The notes: generated from the letters alone by a model not told the origin. A DNA stretch of 64,000 bases from Negaprion brevirostris (GCA_030324005.1 JARDVH010000137.1:13589736-13653735); one strand, 5' to 3'; shown: positions 1 through 12,986, numbered from the stretch's first letter. Made by a program: numbers and translations.

Positions 1-270
1 AAGGTAGACCAAGGGATGGAAGTGAGGAAAAACATTTCTTCACCCGAAGAGTGGTGAGATAGTGGAATTAATTGTCACAGGAAGTAGTTGATGCCAAAAC
101 ATTGAATGTATTCAAGAGGTGGCTGGATATCGCACTTGGGGCAAATGGGATCAAAGGTTATGGGGAAAAAGCAGGATTAGGCCTTGAGTTGGATGATCAG
201 CCATGATGGTAATGAATGGGGGAGCAGGCTCGAAGCACCCAATGACCTCCTCCTATCGCCTATGTGCTCT
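1..270 (+). mobile_element. CR1 (HER1-like) LINE 3' end fragment
   Basis: CR1 ORF2 C-terminal remnant (aacatttcttcacccgaagagtggtg..., ttcaagaggtggctggat) and a 3' tail ggagcaggctcgaag...ctcctcctatc; homologous to the copies at ~8100-8380 and ~25700-25855. Confidence 0.75.
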
Positions 271-1512
271 CCAAAGAATAATTTGTAGAAACACAAAGAA
301 CAATCTTAATGATCAGTGGTTGTATGCCTACTGCTCACACTCATGAGGCCCAAGCCATTTGGAGATCAAGGCATCAACGGCAGTCTGCGGCGACCAGCTG
401 AGCGTGCCCCACAGGGTCTTGGAGAGTGGGAAATCGGCCAGCATCCAAGTTAGGTTGGATGACAAGTCTAAGCCTGGGAGTGGAGGGAGAGACTTTGGAC
501 AGGCCAAAAGCCTGTTCAGTTTTTTTTGTTGATCCATGAGAATATTTTCTGGGATGTTATGGGAGTAGATTTCAGCAATCCCTGTAAGAGTTGCTCATCA
601 TTTATAAATGGGCAAATCACATGTGGTTTAACCTCCACCCATTTGTATCCTGAAATTGCAGCAGGGTTTAAGTAGGTCACATGTCTGGGCAACTAGTCTG
701 GTATCATGATCATAACATTACTGTGCTCATTGTAGCAGGTCATGCTAGAGGGCTCAGGCTTCTCATAATATTTACCAGAATTATACCAGGAGAGTATAGA
801 AAATCTGGGATTCTTCTTGATTGAACAGAGGTTAAGATAATTTTTATTTTAGAATTTTAATTTCAGATTTTTAGCATCTGTTGCATTTTGTTTTTCTTTA
901 AAGTTAAGGGAAGCTTGAAAACAGCTGTACAAAATTGTCAGTAAGGAAAACCCGTTTCACCGGTCTGTAATCAGGATACAACTGACAACAGAGACGTGTA
1001 GCAAGTTATGATCTGGAATGCACTATCTGAAGCAGAAGCAATTACCAGGTATATAGTTGGAAAAATAACTATGCAGGCATACAGGTAAAGAGCAGAATAG
1101 ACACAACTTTATAAAACAATAACCCTTATACAAGATGAAACTCAGAGGGAAAACGAAGATCAAAACATATAGATGATAAGCTCAAATATGGCAACTTACC
1201 AGTCCTTTCCGATTTACTGAGTCGAGAGGTATTCAATTTTGTTTCTAATTAACAAAATTACTGTCTTACAGGCCACAAAAATCTGGTGTGATTACTTATT
1301 AGATCAAATATATGTTCGCTAACAGCATAACAATTTCTAAATGTGGGAACTCACTCGACTGTGAATGAATTGACATTCCTTTGCCAGCTTAAATGAACAA
1401 CAACAACAACCAGAGTTTGAAATGTTGAAACCTCGCAGTTCAGTTGAAGATTTTATGAACAAAATACATAATTGACAAAGGCATTGTTTAAATACGTGGG
1501 TGATGTAATTCT

Positions 1513-1816
1513 ATCACGGTGATACAGTGGATAGCACTGCTGCCTCACAATGCCAAGAACCCGGGTTTGATTCCCGGCTTGGATTACTGTCTGTGTGGAG
1601 TTTGCACGTCCTCCCTGCGTCTACCTGGGTTTCCTCCTGGTGCTCCAGTTTCCTCCCACAGTCCGAAAGATGTGCTGGTTAGGTGCTCTGGCCATGCTAA
1701 ATTTTCCCTCAGTATACCCGAACAGGCGTCGGAGTGTGCTGACTGGGAGATTTTCACAGTAACTTCATTGCAGTGTGAATGTAAGCCTACTTGTAACACT
1801 AAAAACAAATAAACTT
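1513..1816 (+). mobile_element. tRNA-derived V-SINE (HE1-like head and core), tail type B
   Basis: Head cagtggatagcactgctgcctcac...ccgggtttgattcccggc, core gtgtggagtttgcacgt...gggtttcctcc, tail cacagtaacttcattgcagtg...gtaagcctacttgt...aaataaact. Confidence 0.85.
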
Positions 1817-3489
1817 GTAATGGGTCAGCGTAACTCCGGGAACGTCTTGCACATTGTTAACTGGGGGCTTCTCTACTACTGACAAAATTAGTTGCATTTT
1901 CTCCAAATCAGGCACATTGATTTAATGGTATGTGCCTATATTGTTGTCTTCAGTACATTTCCCCCTTCCATCTTTATCTAAGCACGAAAGCAACTTGTAA
2001 CCAGATGTGGAACAAAACTTAGTTTTCATTTGCCCTTTTCCACCATATGGTGCTAATGTTTCTCTGAAAGATAAATTACAAAGAGAATTCTGAGGGTAGA
2101 GTTTACCCTTTGGATGCAATCGACAATCCAGGTATAAATTGCACTCAAATTATCATTACTCTTCCAAAATGAAATTAGATTCCTGTTTCCACTCCCTTAG
2201 TTGCATAATCACAAAAGGAAAATCTTCAATAAAGCAAAATTGGGCAGCATTTTAGAATGTAATTGTTTATTGCTTCTCCTTGCATTAAAAACATCCTTTA
2301 ATATATATATATATGGCAATCTAGTGCAGTTTTATTGACATCTGAAAAGGTGTTCAGCACAAAAAGCAGTTTTATTACAATTCCTAGTCCACCTTCTAGC
2401 AAACCTTATTTTTAATNNNNNNNNNNNNNNNNNNNNNNNNNNNNNNNNNNNNNNNNNNNNNNNNNNNNNNNNNNNNNNNNNNNNNNNNNNNNNNNNNNNN
2501 NNNNNNNNNNNNNNNNAAAGTCATGAGAAATAGGAGCAGGAGTGGGCCATACAGCCCCTCACTGAAAAGGGACTTAAACAGTCAGATCCATTTCCCAGTT
2601 TCATTGGTGTATCCTAGTAAATTTCATAGTCAAATTAAAGTGGCACATGAGTGCAAAATCTGTTTGAAAGAGCTTGCAGATTGGTTGAAAATGAGCATAA
2701 ATTAACAGAGACCTGCCACCGTGATTAGTTTGATCTGGGGTTTGTGAACAGGGATGATTTAGCATGATTTGCTTTAAATCATCAATAAAAGATCATGAAA
2801 GCTGTATGCAAGTTGCACTTGAAATTCAGCAAGCTTTTGCCAATTTTGGATGAACCTTGCTGTAAACACCAGTGAAATCCAGCAAAAACTCCACACCTGT
2901 ATATGTCATTTTGCCTGCTCCCCCCAGCATGACACGGAATAATTAATGAATTGCTGCTTAAAGATCAGTTGTGCCAGTCAAGTTTGAGATATCTTTTAGA
3001 AAGTCAGTGACATTGACCAAATTCTACCCTGGTAGTTACTTTAGTATGCAACCCTTGTGAGATGACCGGTTTGTAATACTTTCTAGTTCTCAGCTATGCA
3101 AATTCAGCAAGTGCAAAGTCAACAAGTTCATAAGCAAAATCGGTATTGATTTACATTTAAAGAAAAAGGCATTTTTTTTTGGACTGGGTTGTAGACTTTA
3201 CACCACATAAGCATGAGGCAACATCCCCAGAAATTGTTTTATCCAACAAATTAATTGTTTGATCAATGTTTGCAGGAAAGAAGAAAAGTGTGAATCTTGC
3301 AACACCTTGTATTCAGTTCCTTACATGTAAACATGAGGNNNNNNNNNNAGGATATTACACAAGGACTTTACTTCAGGTTAATGGTGACCAAGAATCATTT
3401 TAACAGATGATACCAACACTGGAAACTGTCCTTCTGAATATTCTTGGAAACAGTAGTACTTGAATTCAGATCTGTGCACTTGTAATGGC

Positions 3490-3860
3490 TTATATAAATT
3501 CTATTCCTTCATATTTTATATCCCCCACTTTTGTTTCCTCTAAAAGGAAGCGTCCATCTAAAGTAAAAGCCATAATATAAGTCGCTACTTTCCCATTATC
3601 TTCCTCAGATTTCAGTGATACAATGATCTGATCGTCCGTATCTGGAACAAATTTAAAGGAAGAGAATCCGTGAGTAGGGTTAACCACTCCAATCTTGCTC
3701 ACCAGGATCTCCTTAAAATCTTGAGTACTTTTAATAATGAGGTTTGTTCCCCTGTGCTCATCATCTTTCTCATTATAGCGCTCACTGCTTGCTCGCCGTG
3801 GCAGGAAAAACCAGCGCTGTAGTCGATCACTCCAGGCCGCAGATTCATGAATGAGGTATC
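3490..3860 (-). CDS. CANT1: CANT1 last coding exon (calcium-activated nucleotidase 1 / apyrase)
   Basis: Acceptor AG (plus ct 3861-3862); translates (G)[24 protein letters not shown]...[26 protein letters not shown]...KYEGIEFI*, the recognisable CANT1 C-terminus; TAA at 3492-3490. Confidence 0.97.
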
Positions 3861-5117
3861 CTATGTCATGGAAAATGAAAAGGCTTAATTTTCAGTCAAG
3901 GTAAACCATGATAACTCAAATTACACTGAAGCCTTGGCTTGTAGCTTCTTGTATAAAATCTTCCCAAATCGCACTTACTTTAAAGCAGACATTTAATAAG
4001 AGAAAAACTGCACTTAGTTAATGAAATGTTAATTCTGATCGAAAAGAACACGGAATGCTAACAACTGATTCAGCATATTATAAAGTGCAGCTTAAAAAAA
4101 AAGGCCTCCTGACTCCAGACATGGTATGTTAATAGTACAAAAATACAATGAAACCATTGAGAATGCTAACAATGTAAACATAACTAAATTACATTATAAT
4201 TGTAATAAATAGACCGAATCTTGATTTCAGTAGACTGGAAGCGATGGTGACAAAGGCAGCATCAGGTAATTGGCTAACAGCAGTATCAATGACCACACTG
4301 AAGTAGTCTGAAACTACACCATTCTGTTAGATTAAATCAAAATTACATAGGTAATCGATAACTGCACCTTCTGAAAGCACGTTATGATTACAAATTAAAG
4401 GCTTTGAAAATGGCACCTTTTAAATGAAAGCCAATAATCACTGATATTATTTGCATTCTCTTAAACCTTATTTTAAGAGCCTTGGTACTTTGTGGTTAAT
4501 CAATAAAAATTAATGTTTTTGGTTATCTGGTCATCCAATTAACTGATTGGTGTAATTCCAAACTGATTATCCAGTTCATTAACTGTGTTACAGTTCCAGG
4601 TGTATCTGCCATGGTCCTTACATTAAAATATAATTCCAAGTTGTATACTTGCAGTATATCCAAGATAGCATGTGCCAATAAATCTAGGCCAGCAATGCCA
4701 ATGGCAATGTTCTAAAAGGTTTCCTCTTGGCAAAAAAAATTGCACTGTACTCTATAATTAAAGAAAATCAGAATCTGATTTTTAAAAGCAAAGTAATTAA
4801 TTGCTTAAGTAGTAGGATTGGCTAATATTGTATTACCAAACCAAATGCATTGCTGCAATAGAATCCATTGGCTCTGACAGTACCATATGCCAGAGCTCTA
4901 AAGAAGAAAGTTGAGGGTTATGGTGAACACTTGTTACAAATTTAAGTCTGACAATATTACAAAAGTAAGATTACACACAAAAATACGTTTCAGTGTAGCC
5001 ATGTACAACAATCCGATTTCTGGATTGTTCTTCCAGAGAAAAGTGGATTGTCTATATCTTGTCTTTGTAAAGGCTAGCACTAAGTTCCAGACAGTTAAAA
5101 AGCATTTTCATGGAAGA

Positions 5118-5430
5118 ATCATAGAATCTCTTCATTGCAGAACGAGGCCATTTAGCCCATCGAGTCTACACCGACCACAATCCCACCCAGACTGTAAGAG
5201 CGTAAATCCACATATTTACTCTGCTAATCCCTTGACACTTGCATCAATTTAGCTTGGTCAATCAACCTAATCCATACATCTTTGGACTGTGGAAAGAAAC
5301 CGGAGCACATAGAGGAAACCCACACAGACATGGGGAGAACGTGCAAACTCCACACACACCTGAAGCAAGAATTGAACCTAGGTCCCTGCTCAGTTAGCAT
5401 TGAGGTAGCAGTACTAATCATGATGCCACC
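5118..5430 (-). mobile_element. HE1-like V-SINE, tail type A (CR1-derived tail)
   Basis: Reverse complement of the SINE consensus seen at 32435-32770. Confidence 0.85.
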
Positions 5431-5494
5431 AAACCACTCCATGTAGGTTGAGCGGGTCTAAAGAAAACTGCAGGTGTTTTTTTTTTAGCTAAAT

Positions 5495-5745
5495 CATAAG
5501 AACATAAGAAATAGGAGCAGGAGTAGGCCATCTAGCCCTTCGAGCCTGCCCCGCCATTCAATAAGANNNNNNNNNNNNNNNNNNNNNNNNNNNNNNNNNN
5601 NNNNNNNNNNNNNNNNNNNNNNNNNNNNNNNNNNNNNNNNNNNNNNNNNNNNNNNNNNNNNNNNNNCCAGCCTATCTAGATCCTTCTGCAGACTCTCCAC
5701 ACCCTCCGCGCAATTTGCCGATCCACCAATCTTGGTGTCATCATC
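5495..5745 (-). mobile_element. CR1 LINE fragment spanning an N gap
   Basis: Tail cataagaacataagaaataggagcaggagtaggcc; the RT motif DDTKIGG...ESLQKDLDRL lies beyond the gap. Confidence 0.75.
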
Positions 5746-5941
5746 AAAGCAATGGGAGAGTGGCAGTGGAGTAAGAGGAGGAAAGGATCACGATCATATA
5801 ATTAGGGTAATCAGTATCACTAAAACACGAAAAACTGCACTGGGGCATTCACCTGCGTAATTTTGTTATTAATGTATAATGCAAGTTTTCTTCAAGCACA
5901 TTCAATAACAAAGCACCTTTCTTTCTCCAACAGTTTCTTAC

Positions 5942-6145
5942 CTGGGGCTTTGATTCCAGCAGCTGTGCGGAGTGCATTGTAGTGAGACACCCAGTTTTCA
6001 TGATTTACATCACCTTTGTAACCAATAACTTTCACCCACTCTGGGTTTTCATTGACTACTTCTCCCGTGGTGGTAGTCCATTCCTTACCAAGTCCACCCA
6101 CATAAAGGTGCTCGTCTTTTACTGCCAACCATTCAGCTTTGAAAC
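5942..6145 (-). CDS. CANT1: CANT1 middle coding exon (204 nt)
   Basis: ttcttaag|GT TTC AAA GCT GAA TGG... encodes [39 protein letters not shown]...GIKAP; donor CCAG|gtaa; phase is compatible with both neighbouring exons. Confidence 0.97.
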
Positions 6146-6659
6146 CTTAAGAAATAGCAGAAGAAAGTAGTCTGAGTGAAGGTATTCCATAATAATGTAA
6201 TGGGATGAAGGGCACACATCTGAAACATCAGCTAGTCCTTTTCTTTTACAACAACTGACTGACCTGCATATATCCAACACATTCTGTTTTTTTGTGTAAT
6301 GCAGATACATCACAGCACTGATATAATGAAGTAAACTAGCAAGCAACTAAAGTACACATATTCAATACCAAGGAATGATTATCCTGCACTTGAGGATTCA
6401 CTCAGGTTATTTACCTTTAGTAGTTGTAGAGAGCTGCTGTGTTTGCAGTTCCAACCACTGTTTCAACAGTACTATCCTTACACAGCTACAACAGGAAAGC
6501 TTTGGTTTCAACATGTTCAACAAAATGTCTCAAATAACAATTCTTAAACGTCTCCCATGGAGCTGTACAGAATAAACTCCTCTGTACTCCTTTCTCCATA
6601 ATATTTTAAATTTATTACAACAACTTTTTTTGTATAGATTAAACCGTTTGGTAGATAAT

Positions 6660-6870
6660 AGCCATAATTTGCCAGCCGTTCATCCCGGTGGGATTCTCTG
6701 TTCCCACCGGCAGCGCACTCCCTGCTGCAGGTTTCCCAGTGGCATGGAGTGGCTTCAATGGGAATTTCAGTTGACAGTGGCAGGACCAGAGAATCCCACC
6801 ATCAGCAAACAATACGCCACCTTAAGACACCGAGAAAAAGGCTTAGGAGAGGCCAGAAAATCTTGCCCAT
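6660..6870. repeat. Short non-autonomous DNA-transposon-like (MITE-like) element
   Basis: Perfect 14-bp internal inverted repeat ggtgggattctctg (6687-6700) / cagagaatcccacc (6787-6800); ends in gaaaatcttgccc like the other GGGC..GCCC-terminated elements in the window. Confidence 0.45.
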
Positions 6871-7393
6871 AAAATTTCAACATCTTGGGGAAGTGATTTT
6901 GGGGACTAAGAGCGTGAAGGGAGAAAACATTATACACTCAAGAGTAAAATTCTAAACCCAAGACAATGGCAATGACAATAATTAAGAAGGGGAATATAAA
7001 GCACAAGAGCATAGGTCAAGTCACCATAGTGTGATAATACTGTGCCTTTAAGAAATGAATTTTTATCATGTGTCTTGTGAGGGGTGTGTTTAAAATTCAG
7101 CTCTGTTTATTGTGCCAATTCATCTGTTCCAGGCAGCCCATATGCTGAGAGTGCAAATGAATAATCAATCCTTGATAATAAGATCTTTGTTTTAGTCTGA
7201 ACTCATTCATTTTTTGCTTATTTTTATTTTTTCTCCTGGAGTTTCGGAGTAGGGTTCAATTAGGTTGATTTACAAGAGGCAGAGTCATGTGACTGGGCAG
7301 AGCTAAGCTTGCAGAGATAAGCAGATTATTTTACTTGGGTCTGCAAGAAGGGTCTCTCTCTCGCTGTCTGGAGGCTGCTGTTTGAGTGTCAGA

Positions 7394-7627
7394 ACAGTAA
7401 GAAGTCTCACAACACCAGCTTAAAGTCCACCAGGTTTATGTGGTAGTAAAAGCCACTAGCTTTTGGAATGCTGCTCCTTCATCGGGTAAGTGCACTTACC
7501 TGACGAAGGAGCAGCACTCTGAAAGCTAGTGGCTTTTACTACCAAATAAACCTGATGGACTTTAACCTGGTGTTGTGAGACTTCTTACTGTGTTTAATCT
7601 AGTCCAGCGCCGGCATCTCCACATCAC
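7394..7627. mobile_element. Palindromic Penelope-like-derived element with hammerhead ribozyme motifs, flanked by a TSD
   Basis: ~198-bp near-perfect palindrome 7394-7591 centred on gtaagtgcacttac; CTGACGA..GAAA core at 7500-7524; direct repeat gagtgtcagaa at 7384-7394 and 7628-7638. Confidence 0.75.
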
Positions 7628-7814
7628 GAGTGTCAGAAGACAGGTGTCTCTCTGTACATCTCTCTCTGGAAGTCTTCAAATGCTCTAGGGACTGTTAATA
7701 AGTAAAAGTAGGCAAGCCTGTGTTGTTTGCGAACAGATTTTTGAATAGGAGTTTGATCTATGAGGAATATTGCTTAAGTTGGAACTAATACAGGTAGGTT
7801 AACAGTTAAGAATT

Positions 7815-8382
7815 GTGAGCATTTTTAGGCTCCTTATTGGAGGAAGGATGTTCTTGCTATAGAGAAAGTGGAATAAAGGTCTACCAGACTTAATCCTGGG
7901 ATGGTAGGCACTGAAGTACGAGGATAGATTGAGTCATTAGGATTACATTCACTGGAGTTCAGAAGAATGAGTGGGGGGATCTCATGGAAACCTATAAAAG
8001 TCTAACTGGACAGGGTAGATGCCAGAAGCATGTGATGGCAAGAGTGTTCAGAAACAGAGGTTACGGTCTGTGGATATGGGGTAAATCATTTAGGACTGAG
8101 ATCAGGAGAAATTTCTTCATCCTAGACATGGTGAGCCTGTGGAATTGTCCAGTACTGAGGCCAAAACATTGCTTGTTTGCAAGGAGTTGATGTAGCTCTT
8201 AGGGCTAAAGGGATCAAACAATATGGGGAGAAAGTAGGAATAGTTAATGGGATCACATGATACAGAAGGAAAGTGAGAACAGGTTACAGGATTGGATGGT
8301 CAGCCATGGTCATAATGAATGGTGGAGCAGGCTTGAAGGGCCAAGGGGCCTACTTCTGTTCCTATTTTCTATGTTTCTATGG
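7815..8382 (+). mobile_element. CR1 LINE 3' fragment
   Basis: Degenerate CR1 ORF2 C-terminus (...RTEIRRNFF...VSLWN...) followed by the tail ggagcaggcttgaagggcc...ttctatgtttctatg. Confidence 0.8.
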
Positions 8383-8599
8383 ATTGGAAGCAGATCACCT
8401 TGCCATTCATAAGAGGGTCAAAAAATGTTACAGTAAATAACACTTTTGGTTTAACAGAATAATAAAATGTGTTTAATTATCCCAGAATTTACTACCGGTA
8501 AAAGCTATAATAATTTAAAGTGATTGACAAACTACAATATTCCATAGGACCATAGAAATTACTTTTGCAAACTAAAAATAAAACAAATTACTATGGTAC

Positions 8600-9233
8600 C
8601 TTTCTCAACAGTTCCATCTCCATCGGATAGAATTACCCAAGGGACTGCCTTATCGCCATCAATATCATATACCACTCCTGTCCTATCATCCACAGTGTAA
8701 AGCTTTCCATTAAATGCTATGAGTTCTGACAACTCCATGCCACGTCCCTTTTCTGACAAATGTGTTTTGAGAATGGACACGTTTTTGTCCCATTCTAGAG
8801 TCACTTTGTCACCACTGTTTGATAATATCAAGTATCCTTTCTTTAAGTAACTAAACCAAGTGTCACTGTTCAGTTCATTCTTTGAGTTGGTGTCCAGGTC
8901 GGCGATCAGCCCAATACGGTATCGGATACCTTCCAGGGTCTTCTGTGGGGGCGAAAGAGGATAAGTGTCATTGTATCTGTCCCTTGGAAAATTACCAATC
9001 TGCCAGTTGTGGACATTTCGTGGATGAGGACTAGTTGGGGAACTCTTGTGAAAATATAGCACGTATATTACAAAGAGAGCTAGAGCAGCTCCTAGTATAG
9101 TCTTCCATTTCAGGTGAAAACGTGAATCTCTTGCTTTTGTCATGGAAGCTATAACAGGAAGACCACCAATAGATATGTGAAGGGAGCTCATAGAATCATT
9201 TCCATTGGATAAACCATAAAGGTGTACAGGCAT
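8600..9233 (-). CDS. CANT1: CANT1 first coding exon (type II membrane N-terminus and start of the beta-propeller)
   Basis: ATG at 9233 (MPVHLYG...[21 protein letters not shown]), TM segment [17 protein letters not shown], then [10 protein letters not shown]...[11 protein letters not shown]...GRGMELSEL...DDRTG; donor AAG|gtacc at 8599; upstream acceptor tttcatgtag places the exon start at 9253. Confidence 0.97.
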
Positions 9234-10806
9234 GAAGCTGCAGCAGAAGAAACCTACATGAAAGAAAAACAAGGATTAAACAAAATACTTTCAGAAACAT
9301 TGCAGTCAAAAAGTGTGAAGAATATCTTGTAGAATGGTTATAAGTGATAATTGTATATAATTTCAGCACAATTATAGTATTCAAAAAAAAAGACATTGCT
9401 ATCATGGTTTCAATGCAAATAAGTTACTTTTACGATAATTGGCACTACTGTATGTCACAAATGGAAATCTTTACCTCATAGCATAAGACTATAATAAAAC
9501 AAAGATGATATGCATGTTAATCCAAACAGCAGCAACTACAATCAGGTTATTTGGAACATCCTAAAGGGCTTTACACTTCAGTTGACACTGAAGCAAAGCC
9601 TACCATTATCCAACATGCTCAAATGCAAAATATGATATTCTAAAGTAAAGTTCATTTATTTATAAATAAACTTAAGTTTAGAAAATTATATTTTTATAAT
9701 TATAATTTTCTTGCTGTAATCTTGACCTTCCACAAGAACACTTACATTTATGACTACTATAAATTGCTTAACACGCTCTTTCCTGCTCACCCTATATCTT
9801 CTCTTGTTCTGATTGGTCTTGCACAACAAAAGTAAAAGTGAACGCTTCACTGTAAAATTCGTATTGAATTTCGGAATCTAATCCAACATGTGGTGTAAAG
9901 TACGATCGGCATCAGTAGCAACACTTGAGTCACCCAACGAGAACTCCGCTCTAATCCTGCCTTGATATTAGCCCATTGATCAGCTCTTACTACTTTTAGC
10001 CAGTTTGTTAACCATAGCTTTAACTACAAATATATATGTTAAAAGACTCCAAATTATTTTAAACATTTTATTAGGCATATACGGTTTACCACAATCAACT
10101 TAAGTTGTCATTTTCTCCAATGACAAGGAGGTTGGAGTTGCTGTTTATTAGGTTGCTGCACAGATAAACCCTCAACATCGCCTCAGATTATCCTCAAACT
10201 TATTCCCACTAAATTATTCAATTATTTTGCTTGGACTAGATGTTTGGATGCTTGCGTCTGTTTTGTCACTCTTTTTGAATTAGGACATTAGCTTGATTAC
10301 AATCTATTGTGATTTCCCCCGTGTTCATTGGCTCTATTAAAATGCTGGTCAGCACTTTGTAAATCTCCTTGCTAGTTTCAACATTTTAAGTGAAATATCA
10401 TGTAAACCTGGGGAAGTATGTGATGTATATATATTTTTCGCAGGCCACATTATAACTTCCCCAATGAATGTTTTGAGAAAGTGGTCATTCAGAATATTCA
10501 TTATCACTCATTTAACAGATTCAAGTATATTTGCATCTTTCAGTATTTTTACTTCTGTTCTTGATGTTGTGTTACTGAAACCTTTTACTTGTCTATTTTG
10601 CATATATAGTGTTTTTTTCAACATCTTAGTTCCTCTTCTGATGAACCTTTTAACTTGTTTCTACACAATCGCACATTACTCAGCAACTGCTTTCTCATTT
10701 CTCACTGAAGGATTTTTGGAGGTCACTTTTCCATTATTTTACTTTTGATTTGATTGTTACCCATTTAGGATCATACTTGTTTAACCTGAGCTTTAGATTT
10801 TAGAAG

Positions 10807-11008
10807 CAACCAAACTTGCCCAGCTGCTTCTTCAGTACACCTCGGTAAATCCAGTTCACATTCTATCTCAGTGGAGTCCCAGCAATACCTTTAATTTCTC
10901 ATTCAAACTTTTCCAAATAACGTTACAGACACAGGTTTCATTTTAGACTGCATTAGGAAACATTAAAGTATTGTCCTGTCTTATTCAGAAAACAAGAAAG
11001 ATTCAAAT
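10807..11008. repeat. Diverged ~200-bp direct duplication, copy 1 (copy 2 at 12785-12986)
   Basis: caaccaaacttg..cagctgcttcttcagtacac...atacctttaatttctcattcaa...tattgtcctgtctt.ttcagaaaacaag.aagattcaaat is present in both copies. Confidence 0.9.
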
Positions 11009-11645
11009 GTTTAGATTATTTACTTGTGACGCATTATATCCTTAAAGGTGTGGCATTTACTTTCTACCGAAATGCTACAAACCACTTCCTAAAATCCATT
11101 TATCTCAATTTACACTCACCTATTTGCATTTACCCTTCTAAAAATCATAAACCAAGCTCCTGGTCTCTCACATTATTGAGTCCCAGATAATGGCAAACTT
11201 AATTGCCCTGGAGGTGCAGGGCTGCCATGATTTCCATTTAAAAAAATAAGAATATGTTATTTCTTTATCTAGACAGGCTAAGTTAAGATATGTAGCAATG
11301 CATAATATTTATCAATACTTACTTGTATTTCCCACTTGTATTTCATTTAAATTATGCTGAATGAAATATTTCAAGTGACTAAAAATTCAAGCTAACTAGA
11401 GTAATTCTTCCCAAAGCTTTATTCCCTCGATTTAAATTAATTTACCTTCCAGTTGTTCACGAGATAAGTGATCAGCACTTTTTCTCAGCTTCTGGAATAC
11501 ATGATTGCCCCAAGTATTGACACAGATTCTATCTTCTCGGTTCATTGATGCTTCAGATGTTCCCACATTTATAAATCTTGTACAATGGCCTCCCAGTTCT
11601 ATTGTTATTCCTACTTCTTTCAGTGTTTATATATAAAGCACCTAA

Positions 11646-11933
11646 AGTTTATTTATTCGTCACAAGTAGTGTTATATTAACACTGCAATGAAGTTACAGT
11701 GAAAATCTTTTAGTCACCACACTCCAGCGCCTGTTCGGATGCACTGAGGGAGAATTTGGCATGGCCAATTGACCTAACCTGCACATCTTTGGATTGTGGG
11801 AGGAAACCGGAGCACCCGGAGGAAATCCATGCAGACACAGAAAGAATGTGCAAACTCCACACAAACAGTGACCCAAGCTGGGAAATGAATCCCTGTCCCT
11901 GGAGCTGAGAGACAGCAGTGCTAATCACTGTGC
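11646..11933 (-). mobile_element. V-SINE, tail type B
   Basis: Reverse complement of the 1513-1816 type. Confidence 0.85.
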
Positions 11934-12784
11934 AACTTTACTGTAGATTTAGCAGAAAGCTGAAGATATATTTCTGTAACTTTGAAGCACAAATGGAATT
12001 CTTTGAAGAATAAATTCACACTCAAACAATCACAGAGATACCTTTTTACCATTTCTAGCACTTGGGTAAATGGTTCCTTGACATTTTTACACTAAAGGCG
12101 CTTGGAAGTTTGCAAACTTACAAAACCTTAGGAAGTAACCAATTAAAATTGATCAGTTTAATTAGTCAAACAAAAACTTTTTGAGGAAATTAAATTTCAA
12201 TTTAAAAATAATTATTAGAATTCAAATTGTTTGTCCATATTCCAGCTGAACAGAAAACCTGGGTTTGCAGTGAAACCTGATGGAGGTTTGTATTGGAAAA
12301 GATTAATTTTCAAGATAGTTTTTATGGCTCATGAAATCCAATTGTCTTTGAAATATTTTTGAAATTAATCAAGCACCTATATTATGATCGGTTTTGCTTT
12401 TTGAATTCCTAGTATAAATCTGCAAATATTCTAAGAATCCACTCTAATTTTGGGGAGGAAACAACTTAGAACATATATGAATTTTTTCAGTGTATTCTAG
12501 TATGTGGACTTTTGACCTCCAATGCCTTTCACTTAAGCTTCTTATCATAGTATTGAAGTGTGTATACAGCCTTGCCCCTCCCAGCACTGTAACTTCCTGC
12601 AGCTCTACAACCATAAAAATTATTTGTAATCTTGCTTACTGCGCATTGCCCAACTTGTCATCCCCCCATTGGTGGCTGAGCCTTTAACACAATTATTCAG
12701 ACACACCTTAAATAAAGAATGCTTCTGTTGCCACACTTTTCTAGTGTAGAGGACAAAGGTTGTTAATTGTATGATGGCTAGAAC

Positions 12785-12986
12785 CAACCAAACTTGATCA
12801 GCTGCTTCTTCAGTACACATTTGCAAATCCAGTTCACATTCCACCAGGATGGAGCTCCTGTGATACCTTTAATTTCTCATTCAAGCTTTTCCAAGTAATG
12901 TTAAAGACACAGGTCTCATTCTCAGATGTATTAGCAAACATTAAAATATTGTCCTGTCTTGTTCAGAAAACAAGGAAGATTCAAAT
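12785..12986. repeat. Diverged ~200-bp direct duplication, copy 2
   Basis: Colinear with 10807-11008. Confidence 0.9.

Noticed and set aside
7020-7815. LTR-like sequence around the palindromic element
   Set aside because: No second LTR, PBS/PPT or TSD could be identified, so I cannot support a call.
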